Source: Candidatus Hydrogenedentota bacterium (GTDB lineage: Bacteria > Hydrogenedentota > Hydrogenedentia > Hydrogenedentales > SLHB01). From it: a stretch of DNA of 64,000 bases. The position numbers and the translations under genes are program-made. Under the pieces are notes generated by a model that was given only the letters and a program-made list of their open reading frames with translations, did not search any database and was not told the origin of the DNA. The stretch covers positions 256,001 to 320,000 of the forward strand of contig CAXXTH010000023.1 of assembly GCA_963668025.2 (NCBI GenBank), written 5' to 3'. Of this stretch, positions 29,887 through 40,337 are shown in pieces (the first letter of the stretch is position 1; each line of letters begins with the position of its first letter).

Positions 29887-30837
29887 TTATTCGGCAGGCT
29901 GGATATTTTCCAATGGCTGGACATTGCCCCGCACGATTTGCCGGACGCCACTGGGGGCGGCCCATTTCACGGCGTTGTAGATTACTTTCAGCACATTTTC
30001 ATCATAGTAAATAGGAAATGTTTCGTGGCCCGGCCGGAAATAGAAAATCTTGCCTAGGCCGCGATGCCAGCAGCAGCCGCTTCGGAACACTTCACCTCCC
30101 TGGAACCAGCTCACAAACACCAACTCATCGGGCTTGGGGATATCAAAGTGCTCACCGTACATTTCCGTGTGAGGCAGCTCGAAATATGGGGGCAAGCCAT
30201 CCGCGATGGGGTGCGCCGGGTCCACAACCCACAGGCGTTCTTTTTCCCCCATCTCACGCCAATTCACATCGCAGCTTGTTCCCATAAACCTCTTGAACAT
30301 CTTGGAGCCTTGCGCGCTATGCAGCGCGATGAAGCCCATGCCTTGCGCCGTCACCCGTTGATACACCCGCTCGACATGCTCGTCGGTCACATCGTAGTTT
30401 CCCACATGGCCCCACCACGTTATGACATCCGTGTTGTTCAGGATTGCTTCACTTAATCCTTGTTCCTCGTCGTCTATCTCGGATACATGGACCGATGCGA
30501 TGCCTTTCTGCTTTTCGAGATACTGCGCGATTTGGTATCCCATCCCCTGCGGATAGACTTTTTTTGCCGCCTCGTCCTTCTTTTCATGAATCCCTTCATT
30601 CCATACGGTCACTCGAATCCCGTTCACTTCAGGACCGTTCGGTTTTGCTTCGGCTTGGCTTTGGGGAACACTTTGATTGTCCGCCGGCGCCGCGCCAAGC
30701 TCAGTCGTTGCTTTGGCATCACTCGCTTGGGCTGTTGGCGCATTATTCTGTACTTCCGTTTGCGCGTTTATCGGACTTGTCAGGCAACACACCGCAGCCG
30801 CCACCAGGATTGCAGCCAATATGCTCCAATAACGCAT
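29887..30837 (-). CDS. ThuA (trehalose utilisation) domain protein with signal peptide
   Basis: VTVWNEGIHE, VYPQGM, DVITWWGH, GFIALHS, EMYGEHFDIP, GGEVFRSG, FYFRPGHET. Confidence 0.9.
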   Translation of the reverse strand: MRYWSILAAILVAAAVCCLTSPINAQTEVQNNAPTAQASDAKATTELGAAPADNQSVPQSQAEAKPNGPEVNGIRVTVWNEGIHEKKDEAAKKVYPQGMGYQIAQYLEKQKGIASVHVSEIDDEEQGLSEAILNNTDVITWWGHVGNYDVTDEHVERVYQRVTAQGMGFIALHSAQGSKMFKRFMGTSCDVNWREMGEKERLWVVDPAHPIADGLPPYFELPHTEMYGEHFDIPKPDELVFVSWFQGGEVFRSGCCWHRGLGKIFYFRPGHETFPIYYDENVLKVIYNAVKWAAPSGVRQIVRGNVQPLENIQPAE

Positions 30838-31249
30838 TTCTTTTCCCTCCAAGCTTTAGTGTTCCGTTATGGATTAATATTACTGTTTATATAATTAGGG
30901 CATCACTATTTCTTCTTGGTGTGTGTTTTAATTTTACCGGATTCGCGAGTGTTTCATGCCCAACGATATATGTGCATGCACCTGCGAACCTACCGCGCCT
31001 TGTACTCTAAAAACCGCTTTTGGGCCTGTTGTAAATGGCTACAACCAAATCCCTTCTCAAGGGCATGCTTATTAAGTATACTCAGTATGCCCAGACAAGG
31101 GCGGGAACACAAGCACTTTTTTACGTAACGTCCCATTTTTTCTTACACCTGCTCGAAGTGGAGTCATAAGCTTCTTTCAGGCCAGGTATTACGGGAAGAC
31201 ACTTCCATTCCATACAAAGACTTCTTTGCCTTTTGGCGGAGAAAGGCGG

Positions 31250-31969
31250 CTATGCTCCCATCGCGATCACCTGTTGTGTCGCGTGGGCGCGGGAGAGCAG
31301 GGGCGTGATGAGATCGGTCCATCGTGGCGCTTGGTCGAGGATGCGTGCGTCGGAAGTCGCGACGATGGCCTGGACCAAGCAGAGGCGCGCATCCACGCCG
31401 TTAGCCAGTTCCACTTCCCATGGCCAGCCGTTTTGTGATGCAAGTTCTTCGAGCATTTGTTTCAGGCGTCCGCTGTTGGACACGGGCGCATCGAATAGCC
31501 AATGGACGTGCGTGGGGGCGCATTCGGCCAGGAATGCGCCGATAAGATTGAGGGCGCCGAGGGTTTCCTCGACGCGGCGATAAGAGCCGTGGACACTGGC
31601 CATATCGCGCACGCACCCGTCGCGTCCGCGAAGCAGCACGCCGTCTGACAACATGCTCTCGGCTATGATGAGCAGGTTATAACCATCGATATACAGCGTC
31701 TGTCCGTTCAAGGCCTCAAATGGAATGCGCCGTGCGGCGCGCCCATCACGGGCGGCGTCCGAGCAGGCGGCGCGCATGACCGCTTGGCGCTGGCGTACGG
31801 CGAGCTGGTAATGATCGCCCACCAAGGTGCTGGCGGCATCGGCGGCGTAGCCCCGTGTGAAGAGGAACGATAGGTCCGCTACCGCTTCGCGCAATATCGG
31901 TATCCATTTGGGGCTGAACAAAGCATCGTCTTGTGGATGCCGCCCGCGATGCCGTTGTCTGGCATACAT
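31250..31969 (-). CDS. DUF434 domain protein
   Basis: RHRGRHPQD, LVGDHYQL..RQR, IDGYNLLI, GRDGCVRDMA, FDAPVSNSG. Confidence 0.85.
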   Translation of the reverse strand: MYARQRHRGRHPQDDALFSPKWIPILREAVADLSFLFTRGYAADAASTLVGDHYQLAVRQRQAVMRAACSDAARDGRAARRIPFEALNGQTLYIDGYNLLIIAESMLSDGVLLRGRDGCVRDMASVHGSYRRVEETLGALNLIGAFLAECAPTHVHWLFDAPVSNSGRLKQMLEELASQNGWPWEVELANGVDARLCLVQAIVATSDARILDQAPRWTDLITPLLSRAHATQQVIAMGA

Positions 31970-31985
31970 TATGAAAGCCTCGGCG

Positions 31986-33302
31986 TCATGGATGGCCTTC
32001 GCCTGCGCCTCCATGGCGTGGGGCAAATGGGGTGTCCCCTGTAATCAAGCGGGCAGCGCGGTTTCTGGTCAAGTAGCCCCATGCCCACTGGATGAAGACC
32101 AGTATGCGATCTTCAAATTGGACAAGGCTCATCAAATGGACGAAGAGCCACATGAGCCACGCCAGCCGCCCCGACAGCTCCACTCCCGCGATATGCGCCA
32201 CGGCCGCTGAGCGGCCGATAGTGGCCATCGAGCCTAAATTGATGTAATGAAAAGGCTTCACGGGCCTGCCGGATAGGCGCTTGGCGATGGTGCGGGCCAC
32301 AAATTCGCCTTGCTGGATGGCCACGGGCGCGATGCCGGGTAAGTGGCTTCCATCACGAGCTTGGGCAATCGCAAGATCACCAATCACGAAAACCTCGGGA
32401 TGGCCCTGGACGGTGAGTTCCGGCCCCACGGGAATGCGCCCGGCGCGATCCGTCTCGATGCCGATGTGTTCGGCGATGCGCTTCCCCAGCGGCGATGCCT
32501 GGATGCCAGCGGCCCACACCACGGTGCGGGCGGGAATCACTTCCTCCTTACCCGTCTTTTCGTTCTTCAATGTGATGTTTTTATCGCTAATGTGCGTTAC
32601 GGAAGTGTTATCCAGAACTGTTGCTCCTAAGGCAGCCAGTTGGGATTCGGCTTTTCTGGATAGTTTGGGCGAGTAAGGAGGCAAGATGCGTCCATCGCGT
32701 TCAACAAGAATAATACGCGCTTCGGACGGATTGATATGGCGGAATTCGTGGAGCAGCGTATGGTGCGCGATTTCGCAGAGCGCCCCCGCCATTTCCACGC
32801 CCGTAGGGCCGCCGCCGACAATGACAAAAGTCAGAAGGGCGCGGATGGCCTCGGGATTGGTTTCCCGTTCGGCTGCTTCGAAAGCCATAAGAATACGGCG
32901 GCGTATGTCAGTGGCGTCTTCAATGGTTTTAAGGCCAGGTGCGAAGGCTTCCCATTCATCGTGCCCGAAGTATTGGTGGCTGGCGCCCGAAGCGACTATG
33001 AGCGTATCGTACGGCAACTCCCCGTCGGTGAGCAGCAGGCGCTGGTTATCGAGGTCTACATCCACTGCTTCGCCCATGATGGCTTCCGTGTTTCGCTGGC
33101 GTTTGAGAATGCTGCGCAGCGGTGCTGCGATATTAGCGGGTGAGAGCCCTCCTGTCGCCACTTGGTACAAGAGCGGCTGGAACAGGTGGTAATTGCGCCG
33201 ATCGACGACGGTTACCTGGACAGGCGCATGCTTCAGGTGCTGCGCGGCGTGTAGGCCGCCAAAGCCGCCTCCCACAATGATGACTTTGTGCTGCTTTTCC
33301 AC
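31986..33302 (-). CDS. ndh: Type II NADH dehydrogenase (FAD-dependent)
   Basis: IVGGGFGG, FQPLLYQVATG, GLKTIEDA, VGGGPTGVE, WAAG, GSMATIGR. Confidence 0.92.
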   Translation of the reverse strand: MEKQHKVIIVGGGFGGLHAAQHLKHAPVQVTVVDRRNYHLFQPLLYQVATGGLSPANIAAPLRSILKRQRNTEAIMGEAVDVDLDNQRLLLTDGELPYDTLIVASGASHQYFGHDEWEAFAPGLKTIEDATDIRRRILMAFEAAERETNPEAIRALLTFVIVGGGPTGVEMAGALCEIAHHTLLHEFRHINPSEARIILVERDGRILPPYSPKLSRKAESQLAALGATVLDNTSVTHISDKNITLKNEKTGKEEVIPARTVVWAAGIQASPLGKRIAEHIGIETDRAGRIPVGPELTVQGHPEVFVIGDLAIAQARDGSHLPGIAPVAIQQGEFVARTIAKRLSGRPVKPFHYINLGSMATIGRSAAVAHIAGVELSGRLAWLMWLFVHLMSLVQFEDRILVFIQWAWGYLTRNRAARLITGDTPFAPRHGGAGEGHP

Positions 33303-33326
33303 CGATTTGTTCCTTATCTCCAGGTG

Positions 33327-34451
33327 TTACAAGCCGGGCAGTATCTTCTCGATGCCTTCGCCCGCCACATACGCTACGAAGGCGACGCCGAGGCCGACGA
33401 TGAACATGTCGATGCCGCTGCGGAGGATGCCGCGTCCCGTGAAGACACTGCGCGCCGCGCCCACGCCGAAATGGGCCAGCATGGAGATGATGAATGAAAT
33501 GATGGCCGCCGTGCGTGTGCTGAAGAAAAAGAAAGGCATTACAGGAATGAACGCCCCAATAGCCGTCGAGATGCCCGTGACCATGGCCTCGCGCATGGGC
33601 GAACTATAGTCCGCGCCGATCTTGAGTTCTTCACGCACCATTTCTTCGAGGGCGCGCTCGGGATCGCCCATGATGCCTTTGGCGAGGGCGCGCGCCTGTT
33701 CCGGCTCCATGCCCTTGGCCTCGTAGAGCAGCGCAAGCTCTTCCTCTTCGAGTTCGGGCATGAGGCGGATTTCCTCGCGCTCGGTGGCGATCTCGTGTTC
33801 GAAGACTTCGCGCTCGCTCTTGGCTGCGAGGTAGCCGGAAGAACCCATGGACAAGGAATCGGCGATGACGCCCGCCGCGCCTGAGAGGATGATGTGGGCC
33901 ACGGTGAAATTCGCACCCACGATGCCGGCCACGAGTCCGAAGTTGGCCGTCAGGCCGTCGTTGAATCCATAGACTACGTTACGCAGAAAACCGCCCGAGG
34001 CCATGCTATGCCACGATTCCTCGCCGGATGCGCCCTCGATTTCTTGCAGCACGCGCGCGTGCTCGGCGGATTCCCGGGCGAGTTTGAGGGCGGTGGTTTT
34101 CGTGCCCTCTCCGGAACTATGCCGGTGCAGCGCCATATAGCCTTTCACTTCGCGGCCCTCGCCCTTCGTCAACTCGCGGAGCAGGATGCCGGGGCCGAAC
34201 CGCCTGGCCAGCCACACCATGAGCCGGGCGCGCGCCGTGGGAGGCGGGACGGAGGCGTCGGAGCCGTTGGCGCGCAGCATGTCCCGCCATATGGCAATAT
34301 GGCGTTTCTCGACTTCCGCCAGGCGCTCGAAGGCCTTGGCGCGTTTGGGCTCAGCGTCGAGGGCCGCCAGCTCATGATATAAGTACGCCGCATCCACTTC
34401 CTCGCGCAGATGCCGCCGCCAGGTTTCGAGCGTTTTAGGGGCAATACTCAT
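33327..34451 (-). CDS. Rubrerythrin-like + VIT1/CCC1 transporter (MbfA-like iron exporter)
   Basis: EVDAAYLY...EKRH and ESAEH N-domain; LRNVVYGFNDGL and SMGSSGYLAAKSE VIT1 motifs. Confidence 0.88.
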   Translation of the reverse strand: MSIAPKTLETWRRHLREEVDAAYLYHELAALDAEPKRAKAFERLAEVEKRHIAIWRDMLRANGSDASVPPPTARARLMVWLARRFGPGILLRELTKGEGREVKGYMALHRHSSGEGTKTTALKLARESAEHARVLQEIEGASGEESWHSMASGGFLRNVVYGFNDGLTANFGLVAGIVGANFTVAHIILSGAAGVIADSLSMGSSGYLAAKSEREVFEHEIATEREEIRLMPELEEEELALLYEAKGMEPEQARALAKGIMGDPERALEEMVREELKIGADYSSPMREAMVTGISTAIGAFIPVMPFFFFSTRTAAIISFIISMLAHFGVGAARSVFTGRGILRSGIDMFIVGLGVAFVAYVAGEGIEKILPGL

Positions 34452-34724
34452 CAGACACACTCCATGGGGCCTTGAAAGGAACCCCACTATTTTTGAAAGA
34501 ATTCCTCTCTCTGATTTATATGGAATATCTTACGCTGGAAAGTGCTATGCAATCGAATCTGTTTGGGCGGCGAGAAGATTGCCGTACAGGCGTATTCTCC
34601 GAAAAAGACGAGGCCGTTCTTCCTCTTACTGGATTTTAGTACAGTTCTTTTTTGTTACAAAGATCGCCATACTTTAGCTTCCGTGGAATTAGGGCTTTGC
34701 CAACATGAATGGGGAGGGGCACAC

Positions 34725-35846
34725 ATGTGTGTTTTAAAGGGAATATTGTTCGCTGCAAGCATACTTGCATCCGCTGCCGCCAGCGCTCAGGGTGTATCGT
34801 GGTATGCGTGTTTCTATTCCACCGCAGTATCGGGAACGGACTCCATCGGTTTTGAAGAGCCTGCGTATGTGGCGGGAGGGACTCTGCCATCGCCCTGGAT
34901 CGTCGCGCATGACGGACATTGGGAGGTTTCCACGCAACAGCCCGCCAGCGGACTGCAATGCTTGGCGCTTGGTTGCTATCAGGATGAATACTCGATCTCG
35001 GTGGTAGAAACTCGATACCCGCTGGACATCTCGTCCGCCACGAAGAGCTTGGATGTAGATATCGCACTCTTGCCGACGGCATATGCACCGGGCACCTATG
35101 ATCCTGGCTTCTTGTCAAATGGCGCAATCACGGTGTATACGGGCGGCACTTATGTGATTGGCGTGGAATTCGAGACGGTAAAGCCCGCTTCCACACCTTT
35201 TGAAGCCAGCCATCGCAAATTAACCGCATCTTTTGATTCCCTTTCTACAAATATCCAACGTGAGATGGTATGGGTTGCCGGATATTATGGAATCCACGTA
35301 CATTTTGATTACACCAACATGACCGCCACATTGCGTATCGAGCCGCCTGCGGGAGATGCCTATGAAGAGACCGTTTCCGATATAGAGCTTCCAGGTGGAA
35401 GCAACAATTTTGTGCGGCTCTTTGGTTCAACCGCATCATTGGATTATATCAGCGCCCGGGCGAATTTTGACGATCTGACGATATCTATTGATACCGGCGT
35501 ATTGGTCGTGAATATTGAACCAGCCGAAGCCCGGGAGGACGGTGTCATGTGGTGCGTGGATGGCGGAGCGTGGCAATACAGCGGGGCCTCCGTGAGCGGC
35601 CTTTCCGAGGGCGAGCATACCGTTACATTCAAACCAGTTGGAGAGTGGGAATTGGAGCCGATGCAGATTACGATCCAAGCGGGCAAAACTACTACGGAAA
35701 CTGCTGGGCCGTTGCTTCTCCCCATTTCCATGGGAGCTTTGGCGGTGGTTGTCATGGTGCTGGCCATAGCTGGATGGCGCATGGGAAACGCGCACACGTA
35801 TAACCACAAAACGGTTAGTGTGTGTCATCGGCGGGGAACCGCTTAA
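34725..35846 (+). CDS. Secreted surface protein with C-terminal TM/sorting tail
   Basis: Signal peptide (AAASA); GVLVVNIEPAEA...W.VDGGAWQYSG...GEHTVTFK domain; LPISMG-TM-WR tail. Confidence 0.65.
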   Translation: MCVLKGILFAASILASAAASAQGVSWYACFYSTAVSGTDSIGFEEPAYVAGGTLPSPWIVAHDGHWEVSTQQPASGLQCLALGCYQDEYSISVVETRYPLDISSATKSLDVDIALLPTAYAPGTYDPGFLSNGAITVYTGGTYVIGVEFETVKPASTPFEASHRKLTASFDSLSTNIQREMVWVAGYYGIHVHFDYTNMTATLRIEPPAGDAYEETVSDIELPGGSNNFVRLFGSTASLDYISARANFDDLTISIDTGVLVVNIEPAEAREDGVMWCVDGGAWQYSGASVSGLSEGEHTVTFKPVGEWELEPMQITIQAGKTTTETAGPLLLPISMGALAVVVMVLAIAGWRMGNAHTYNHKTVSVCHRRGTA

Positions 35847-36663
35847 GCTCGCTCCACTGGAAGGTCCATTCGGGTATGTACAACGGTGTGCTGGGATCCA
35901 GTTTATACCAGGCTCCAAAGCTTGGCGATTGCAGATTGCGCAAGACATGGGCCTCTTGCGCGGGCATGAATCCCTGCACCAGGAGAAACACGCCCGCCCC
36001 GGTATCCGGCGCGGTGGCCATGTCGGCGACGAGGACGGCGTGACCCGGCGAGCCGGGTGCGACGAAAAAGTCTCCGATGGCGAGTTGCGAAGGCTGCGAC
36101 ACGGATTCGGCTTCTTTATCGAGGGAGCGGGTGCTCGCGTAAGTGAACACGAAATCGAGGTATTGGCGCAAGGTTTGATGCGTATGTGAAGGTGGGGCAT
36201 CTTTGCGCCATTCAATAAAATTGCCTTGAACATGGGGGCGTGCGCCGTCCGCCCATCGCTCGAAGGGGGCGTCCGTGCCGTTGCTCAATAAAAAATGGAT
36301 ACGGTCGAATGCGCTTAGGCTAAATAGGTATTCACCCCGCAGCCGCATGATGGTGTCGGCGCATTGCTGGAGATCCTTCTTACCCACGTCCATTGCCACG
36401 ACCGCCGCATGCGCGTCTTGCCGTTGTTTGGGCTGGCCGGTATGCAACAAGACCTCAGGAGCGCCTGGCCGCAATGGAAGCCCTCGCAGCCATTCCGCAA
36501 AGGAGCCAGGCGCCACAACGGTGCGAGTATAACCTTTAGGCGGAGTGAAGCGCTGGCCGATGGTGTCTCCGGGATTCGCTTCGTTTATCCATGGATATGC
36601 CGGGCGAGCCTCTGTTTGTGAAAAGGCTATCCAGCAGCAAAAGAACAGCGCATATGAGCCCAT
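35815..36663 (-). CDS. DUF4846 domain protein
   Basis: RFTPPKGY, SFAEWLRGLPL, DVGKKDLQQCADTIMRLRGEY, GSPGHA, LVQGFMPAQ. Confidence 0.88.
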   Translation of the reverse strand: MGSYALFFCCWIAFSQTEARPAYPWINEANPGDTIGQRFTPPKGYTRTVVAPGSFAEWLRGLPLRPGAPEVLLHTGQPKQRQDAHAAVVAMDVGKKDLQQCADTIMRLRGEYLFSLSAFDRIHFLLSNGTDAPFERWADGARPHVQGNFIEWRKDAPPSHTHQTLRQYLDFVFTYASTRSLDKEAESVSQPSQLAIGDFFVAPGSPGHAVLVADMATAPDTGAGVFLLVQGFMPAQEAHVLRNLQSPSFGAWYKLDPSTPLYIPEWTFQWSELKRFPADDTH

Positions 36664-36950
36664 GCCTTTTCCCTTTCTCTTGTAGCAATATACCGAGCCG
36701 CACGGCTTTTTTTGTGCCAGGTTCCGTGAAACTGTTCAAACAAGCTCAACGAAGGCTGCCGGGCGGTTGCCCTGCCGTCGAGCCTGCCTATATAGTGTAA
36801 GGGAAATAGATGACAAATTGTACATATAATGAAGAATTAATCCTTATATATGGTATTTTAGTTGCATGGCCTGTGTCTAGCGGGCGGTTGTGAAGACCAA
36901 ATGATGTGGCGGAACTACGCAAGAGAAAGTACGAAAAACGCATTTATCTC

Positions 36951-36980
36951 TTGACAATACATCATCTTGTGGGTAATAAT
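36951..36980 (+). promoter_or_regulatory. Possible sigma70 promoter of the polysaccharide genes
   Basis: TTGACA followed after 17-18 nt by TAATAAT. Confidence 0.45.
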
Positions 36981-37093
36981 GCTCTTGGTACAGGATAAAG
37001 TGTTTTTCGTGATTGCGTTCGATGGGTAACGCTAGACTCCATGCGTATCGAGCGCATAAGGGGGCTATTCATGAGCGACCAGGCGCTGGCCAC

Positions 37094-38200
37094 ATGAGGA
37101 TCGCTATTTTGGGCACGCGTGGTATTCCCGCCAATTATGGCGGCTTCGAGACCTTCGCGGAAGAATTGAGCGTCCGTCTTGCCGCGCGGGGCCATGATGT
37201 GGCCGTATACTGCCGTAAAGCCAACCAGAAAGAGCCGTTGACGCAGTATAATGGCGTCAAACTGGTCGTGCTGCCGAGCATTCACACGAAATACCTGGAT
37301 ACCCTTTCCCATACGTTTTTTTCGACGATTCATCTGCTGTTTCACCGGGTGGATGTGGCGTATTACTGTAATTCCGCCAATAGCTGTTTTTTGCCGCTGC
37401 CTCGCTTGGCGGGCATCAAGACCATATTAAATACGGATGGGCTCGAATGGGAACGGGCCAAATGGAATTGGATGGGGAAGACGTTTTACCGGCTGTCGGA
37501 ATATCTGGCGGCTTGGTTTGCGCAAATGCTGGTGTCCGACTCTTGCGTTATCCAGCGCTATTATAAGGAGAAGTTTCTGCGGGAGAGTGAATTTGTCGCG
37601 TATGGGGCCGATATAGTGGAACGAGGGTTTGGCCGGGAATTATTGAAGAACTTAGGCGTCGAACCGGAAGATTATTTTCTGTTCGTGAGCCGCCTCGAGC
37701 CGGAGAATAATGCCCATATTGTCGTCGAGGCGTTTGAGCGGGTACAAACCGGCAAGAAGCTCCTTATCGTCGGCAGCGCCCCCTTCGCGGGTGAGTATAT
37801 CGCTAAGCTGCATTCGACAACGGACGCGCGTATTATATTTACGGGCGGCTTGTATGGAGATATGTATAAAGCCCTTCGGGCCAACGCCTATGTGTATGTA
37901 AACGCGATGGAAGTGGGGGGAACGCATCCGGCGATTCTCGAAGCGATGGGTGCGGGAAATTGTGTTCTGGTGAGTGATATTGCGTACAATGCAGAGGCGG
38001 TCGCCGACGCGGGGGCTACGTTCCGAAACAAGGATGCGGAAGATCTGCGCGAGAAGATGCAGTGGCTCGTGGAGCATCCCGAGGAAGTCGAACAGTATAG
38101 GCATGGCGCTGTCGAGCGGGTGCGTTCCACGTACTCCTGGACACGTGTCGTGGACGAGTATGAGCGCCTGTTCGGCCAATTGGTATCGGGCAGCAACTGA
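37094..38200 (+). CDS. Glycosyltransferase family 4 (DUF1972 N-terminus)
   Basis: MRIAILGTRGIPANYGGFETFAEEL, DGLEWERAKW, SRLEPENN, EVGGTHPAILEAM. Confidence 0.92.
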   Translation: MRIAILGTRGIPANYGGFETFAEELSVRLAARGHDVAVYCRKANQKEPLTQYNGVKLVVLPSIHTKYLDTLSHTFFSTIHLLFHRVDVAYYCNSANSCFLPLPRLAGIKTILNTDGLEWERAKWNWMGKTFYRLSEYLAAWFAQMLVSDSCVIQRYYKEKFLRESEFVAYGADIVERGFGRELLKNLGVEPEDYFLFVSRLEPENNAHIVVEAFERVQTGKKLLIVGSAPFAGEYIAKLHSTTDARIIFTGGLYGDMYKALRANAYVYVNAMEVGGTHPAILEAMGAGNCVLVSDIAYNAEAVADAGATFRNKDAEDLREKMQWLVEHPEEVEQYRHGAVERVRSTYSWTRVVDEYERLFGQLVSGSN

Positions 38201-39220
38201 GTGCGCAAGGAAGAGAGGCATGTGAAGATGCAAGGGGCATTCGACTGGAAAGAGCGCAAGGTTTTAGTGACAGGCGCTGGCGGATTCATCGGAAGCCATC
38301 TCACGGAGCGCCTGCTAACAATGGGCGCACATGTGCGCGGCATGGTGCATGGCAACATGCGCGGCAGCATCGGCCATTTGGCGGCGGTGCCCAAGCATCT
38401 TACGGAGAACCTCGAAATATATGACGGCAGTATGCGGGACGGGGCCTTCGTGCGCGAAGCCACGATCGGCGTTGATACGGTGTTTCATCTAGCAGCGGTC
38501 ACGAGCGTGCGCTATTCCTACTCGAATCCAGATGAAACCGTGGTCACTAACGTCATGGGCACGCTGAATGTCTGTAATGCATGCCGACACGAGCATGTGC
38601 GGCGGCTGGTCCATACGTCATCGGCGGGCGTATATGGCTCCTCGGAAAATAACGAGCCCATTCGCGAGACGCATCCGACCCGGGCGTATAATCCCTATAC
38701 CGCGTCCAAATTGGCGGCGGACAACGTAGTGGAGAGTTTTCATTTATCTTATGATGTGGCGGTGTCCATCTGCCGCATTTTTAATGTATATGGCCCCCGA
38801 GTGGGCCGCTTTCTGGTGATCCCAACGATCGTGCAGCAGCTCATGCGCGGCACCGAACTGCGGCTGGGCGACCTTACGCCTACGCGGAATTATACCTACG
38901 TGGATGATATCGCGGCGGCCTTTATGCGCATGGCGGAAGAAGATAGTGTGGTGGGCGAGGTGGTGAATTTTGGTTCGCCTAATGCGATCACGATCGGAGA
39001 ACTGGCGCGGCTTATTGCAAAGCTGATGAATAAAGAGGTGGATATCCAGCTCGATCCAAGCCGGCTGCGGCCCGCGAAAAGTGAGATTTACCGGGTGGTG
39101 GCTGACGCATCGAAGGCGCAGAAGCTACTTGGCTGGGAACCGCTGACGAATCTCGAGACCGGCCTGAAGCGGACCATCGAGTGGATAATGAATGTGGGAT
39201 ACGAAGATGTGCGCGTCTAG
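38201..39220 (+). CDS. NAD-dependent nucleotide-sugar epimerase/dehydratase
   Basis: VLVTGAGGFIGSHL, YTASK, FNVYGP; start may be 38222 or 38228. Confidence 0.92.
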   Translation: MRKEERHVKMQGAFDWKERKVLVTGAGGFIGSHLTERLLTMGAHVRGMVHGNMRGSIGHLAAVPKHLTENLEIYDGSMRDGAFVREATIGVDTVFHLAAVTSVRYSYSNPDETVVTNVMGTLNVCNACRHEHVRRLVHTSSAGVYGSSENNEPIRETHPTRAYNPYTASKLAADNVVESFHLSYDVAVSICRIFNVYGPRVGRFLVIPTIVQQLMRGTELRLGDLTPTRNYTYVDDIAAAFMRMAEEDSVVGEVVNFGSPNAITIGELARLIAKLMNKEVDIQLDPSRLRPAKSEIYRVVADASKAQKLLGWEPLTNLETGLKRTIEWIMNVGYEDVRV

Positions 39221-39238
39221 CCCGCATATTCGAGTAAA

Positions 39239-40258
39239 ATGCGCGAACCGCTCCGGGGTGGAATGCTCTCCCATCCTTGTACGACGCGCTGTAATCTGTA
39301 TAATACGGCCATGGTGGGACAGCGCCACAACGCCTGTACAAGGCTGCAATGTGGCAAAATGGGATTATTGAACGTGGCGATGCCGTGGAAACAAATCGTG
39401 GCGATGGGCATAGGCTGTGCGGCCTTATGCCTGCTCGGGTTTTCCGCTGCTTCCGAAGGCGTTCGCTATCACGGCATTCAACTGGATGATCAGCACCATC
39501 TGGTGATTGAGCAGCGGGAAGGCGGATTCATGCGCATTGGCGTGCGCGCCCGCACCCGCACGGAAGGCGGCCTCGAACCCGAAAACGTGCAGCTTGAAGA
39601 AGGCAAGCCCGAAACTGGCCGTCTCGAACAGGTGGAATTTATAGTGGAGGTCCGGTCCCAGATTATGAAACCGGCCGCCCCCAATTATTTTCAAAGCCAT
39701 GGGCAGACCTATCTCATTACGGTTGAGAGCTTGATGAAAGAGGTTCCATATTATTCCGCCCATGTCGTATCCGCGCGGGATGCGCGGACCGAATTGGCCG
39801 TTGAATTGCAGATACTCCGGGCGAATACGGACGGAATCCGGCAATTGGCCTTGTTCTGGGCCACGCCGATCGTATTGGCGGAATATAAGAATGTGGGTTT
39901 GATGCCTGCGCCGGTCTTCAAGACCGTGGAAGCCAGTACGGGCGGCAGCCTCCGAACCAAGCCGGACTCTCTCGAACGGCGTTCGCTGCCAGGAGGCCGC
40001 CAAATAGGGCCTACGGCAGGTTTTACGAACCGCCAGCCGCTTACAGGCATGGCGCGGGCGAAGGCCATGGCAACGGAACGGCGCGCGGGCGGGCCGACGG
40101 AACGCGCGGGCGCGGGTTCGTACCGGCCTGATGTGGTGCGTTCTGGCAACATTAAACCGGATTACCGCCCCGGCGGCATGCGCGTTGAAGAACCGGTTTC
40201 CGGCAAGGAACGGACAGGCGGGCATACTGCTTTTGCTTCGGGGGGAAACCCAGAATGA
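39239..40258 (+). CDS. Hypothetical exported protein (true start probably ~39359-39380)
   Basis: Long ORF in operon orientation; signal-like GIGCAALCLLGFSAA; low-complexity C-terminus. Confidence 0.55.
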   Translation: MREPLRGGMLSHPCTTRCNLYNTAMVGQRHNACTRLQCGKMGLLNVAMPWKQIVAMGIGCAALCLLGFSAASEGVRYHGIQLDDQHHLVIEQREGGFMRIGVRARTRTEGGLEPENVQLEEGKPETGRLEQVEFIVEVRSQIMKPAAPNYFQSHGQTYLITVESLMKEVPYYSAHVVSARDARTELAVELQILRANTDGIRQLALFWATPIVLAEYKNVGLMPAPVFKTVEASTGGSLRTKPDSLERRSLPGGRQIGPTAGFTNRQPLTGMARAKAMATERRAGGPTERAGAGSYRPDVVRSGNIKPDYRPGGMRVEEPVSGKERTGGHTAFASGGNPE

Positions 40259-40337
40259 ATACACGAAAAAGCTGGCGGGAAGCCAGTTTTTACCTATAAA
40301 ACAGCGGCCGGAATGAAACGATTGGTTTAAACGCCAC

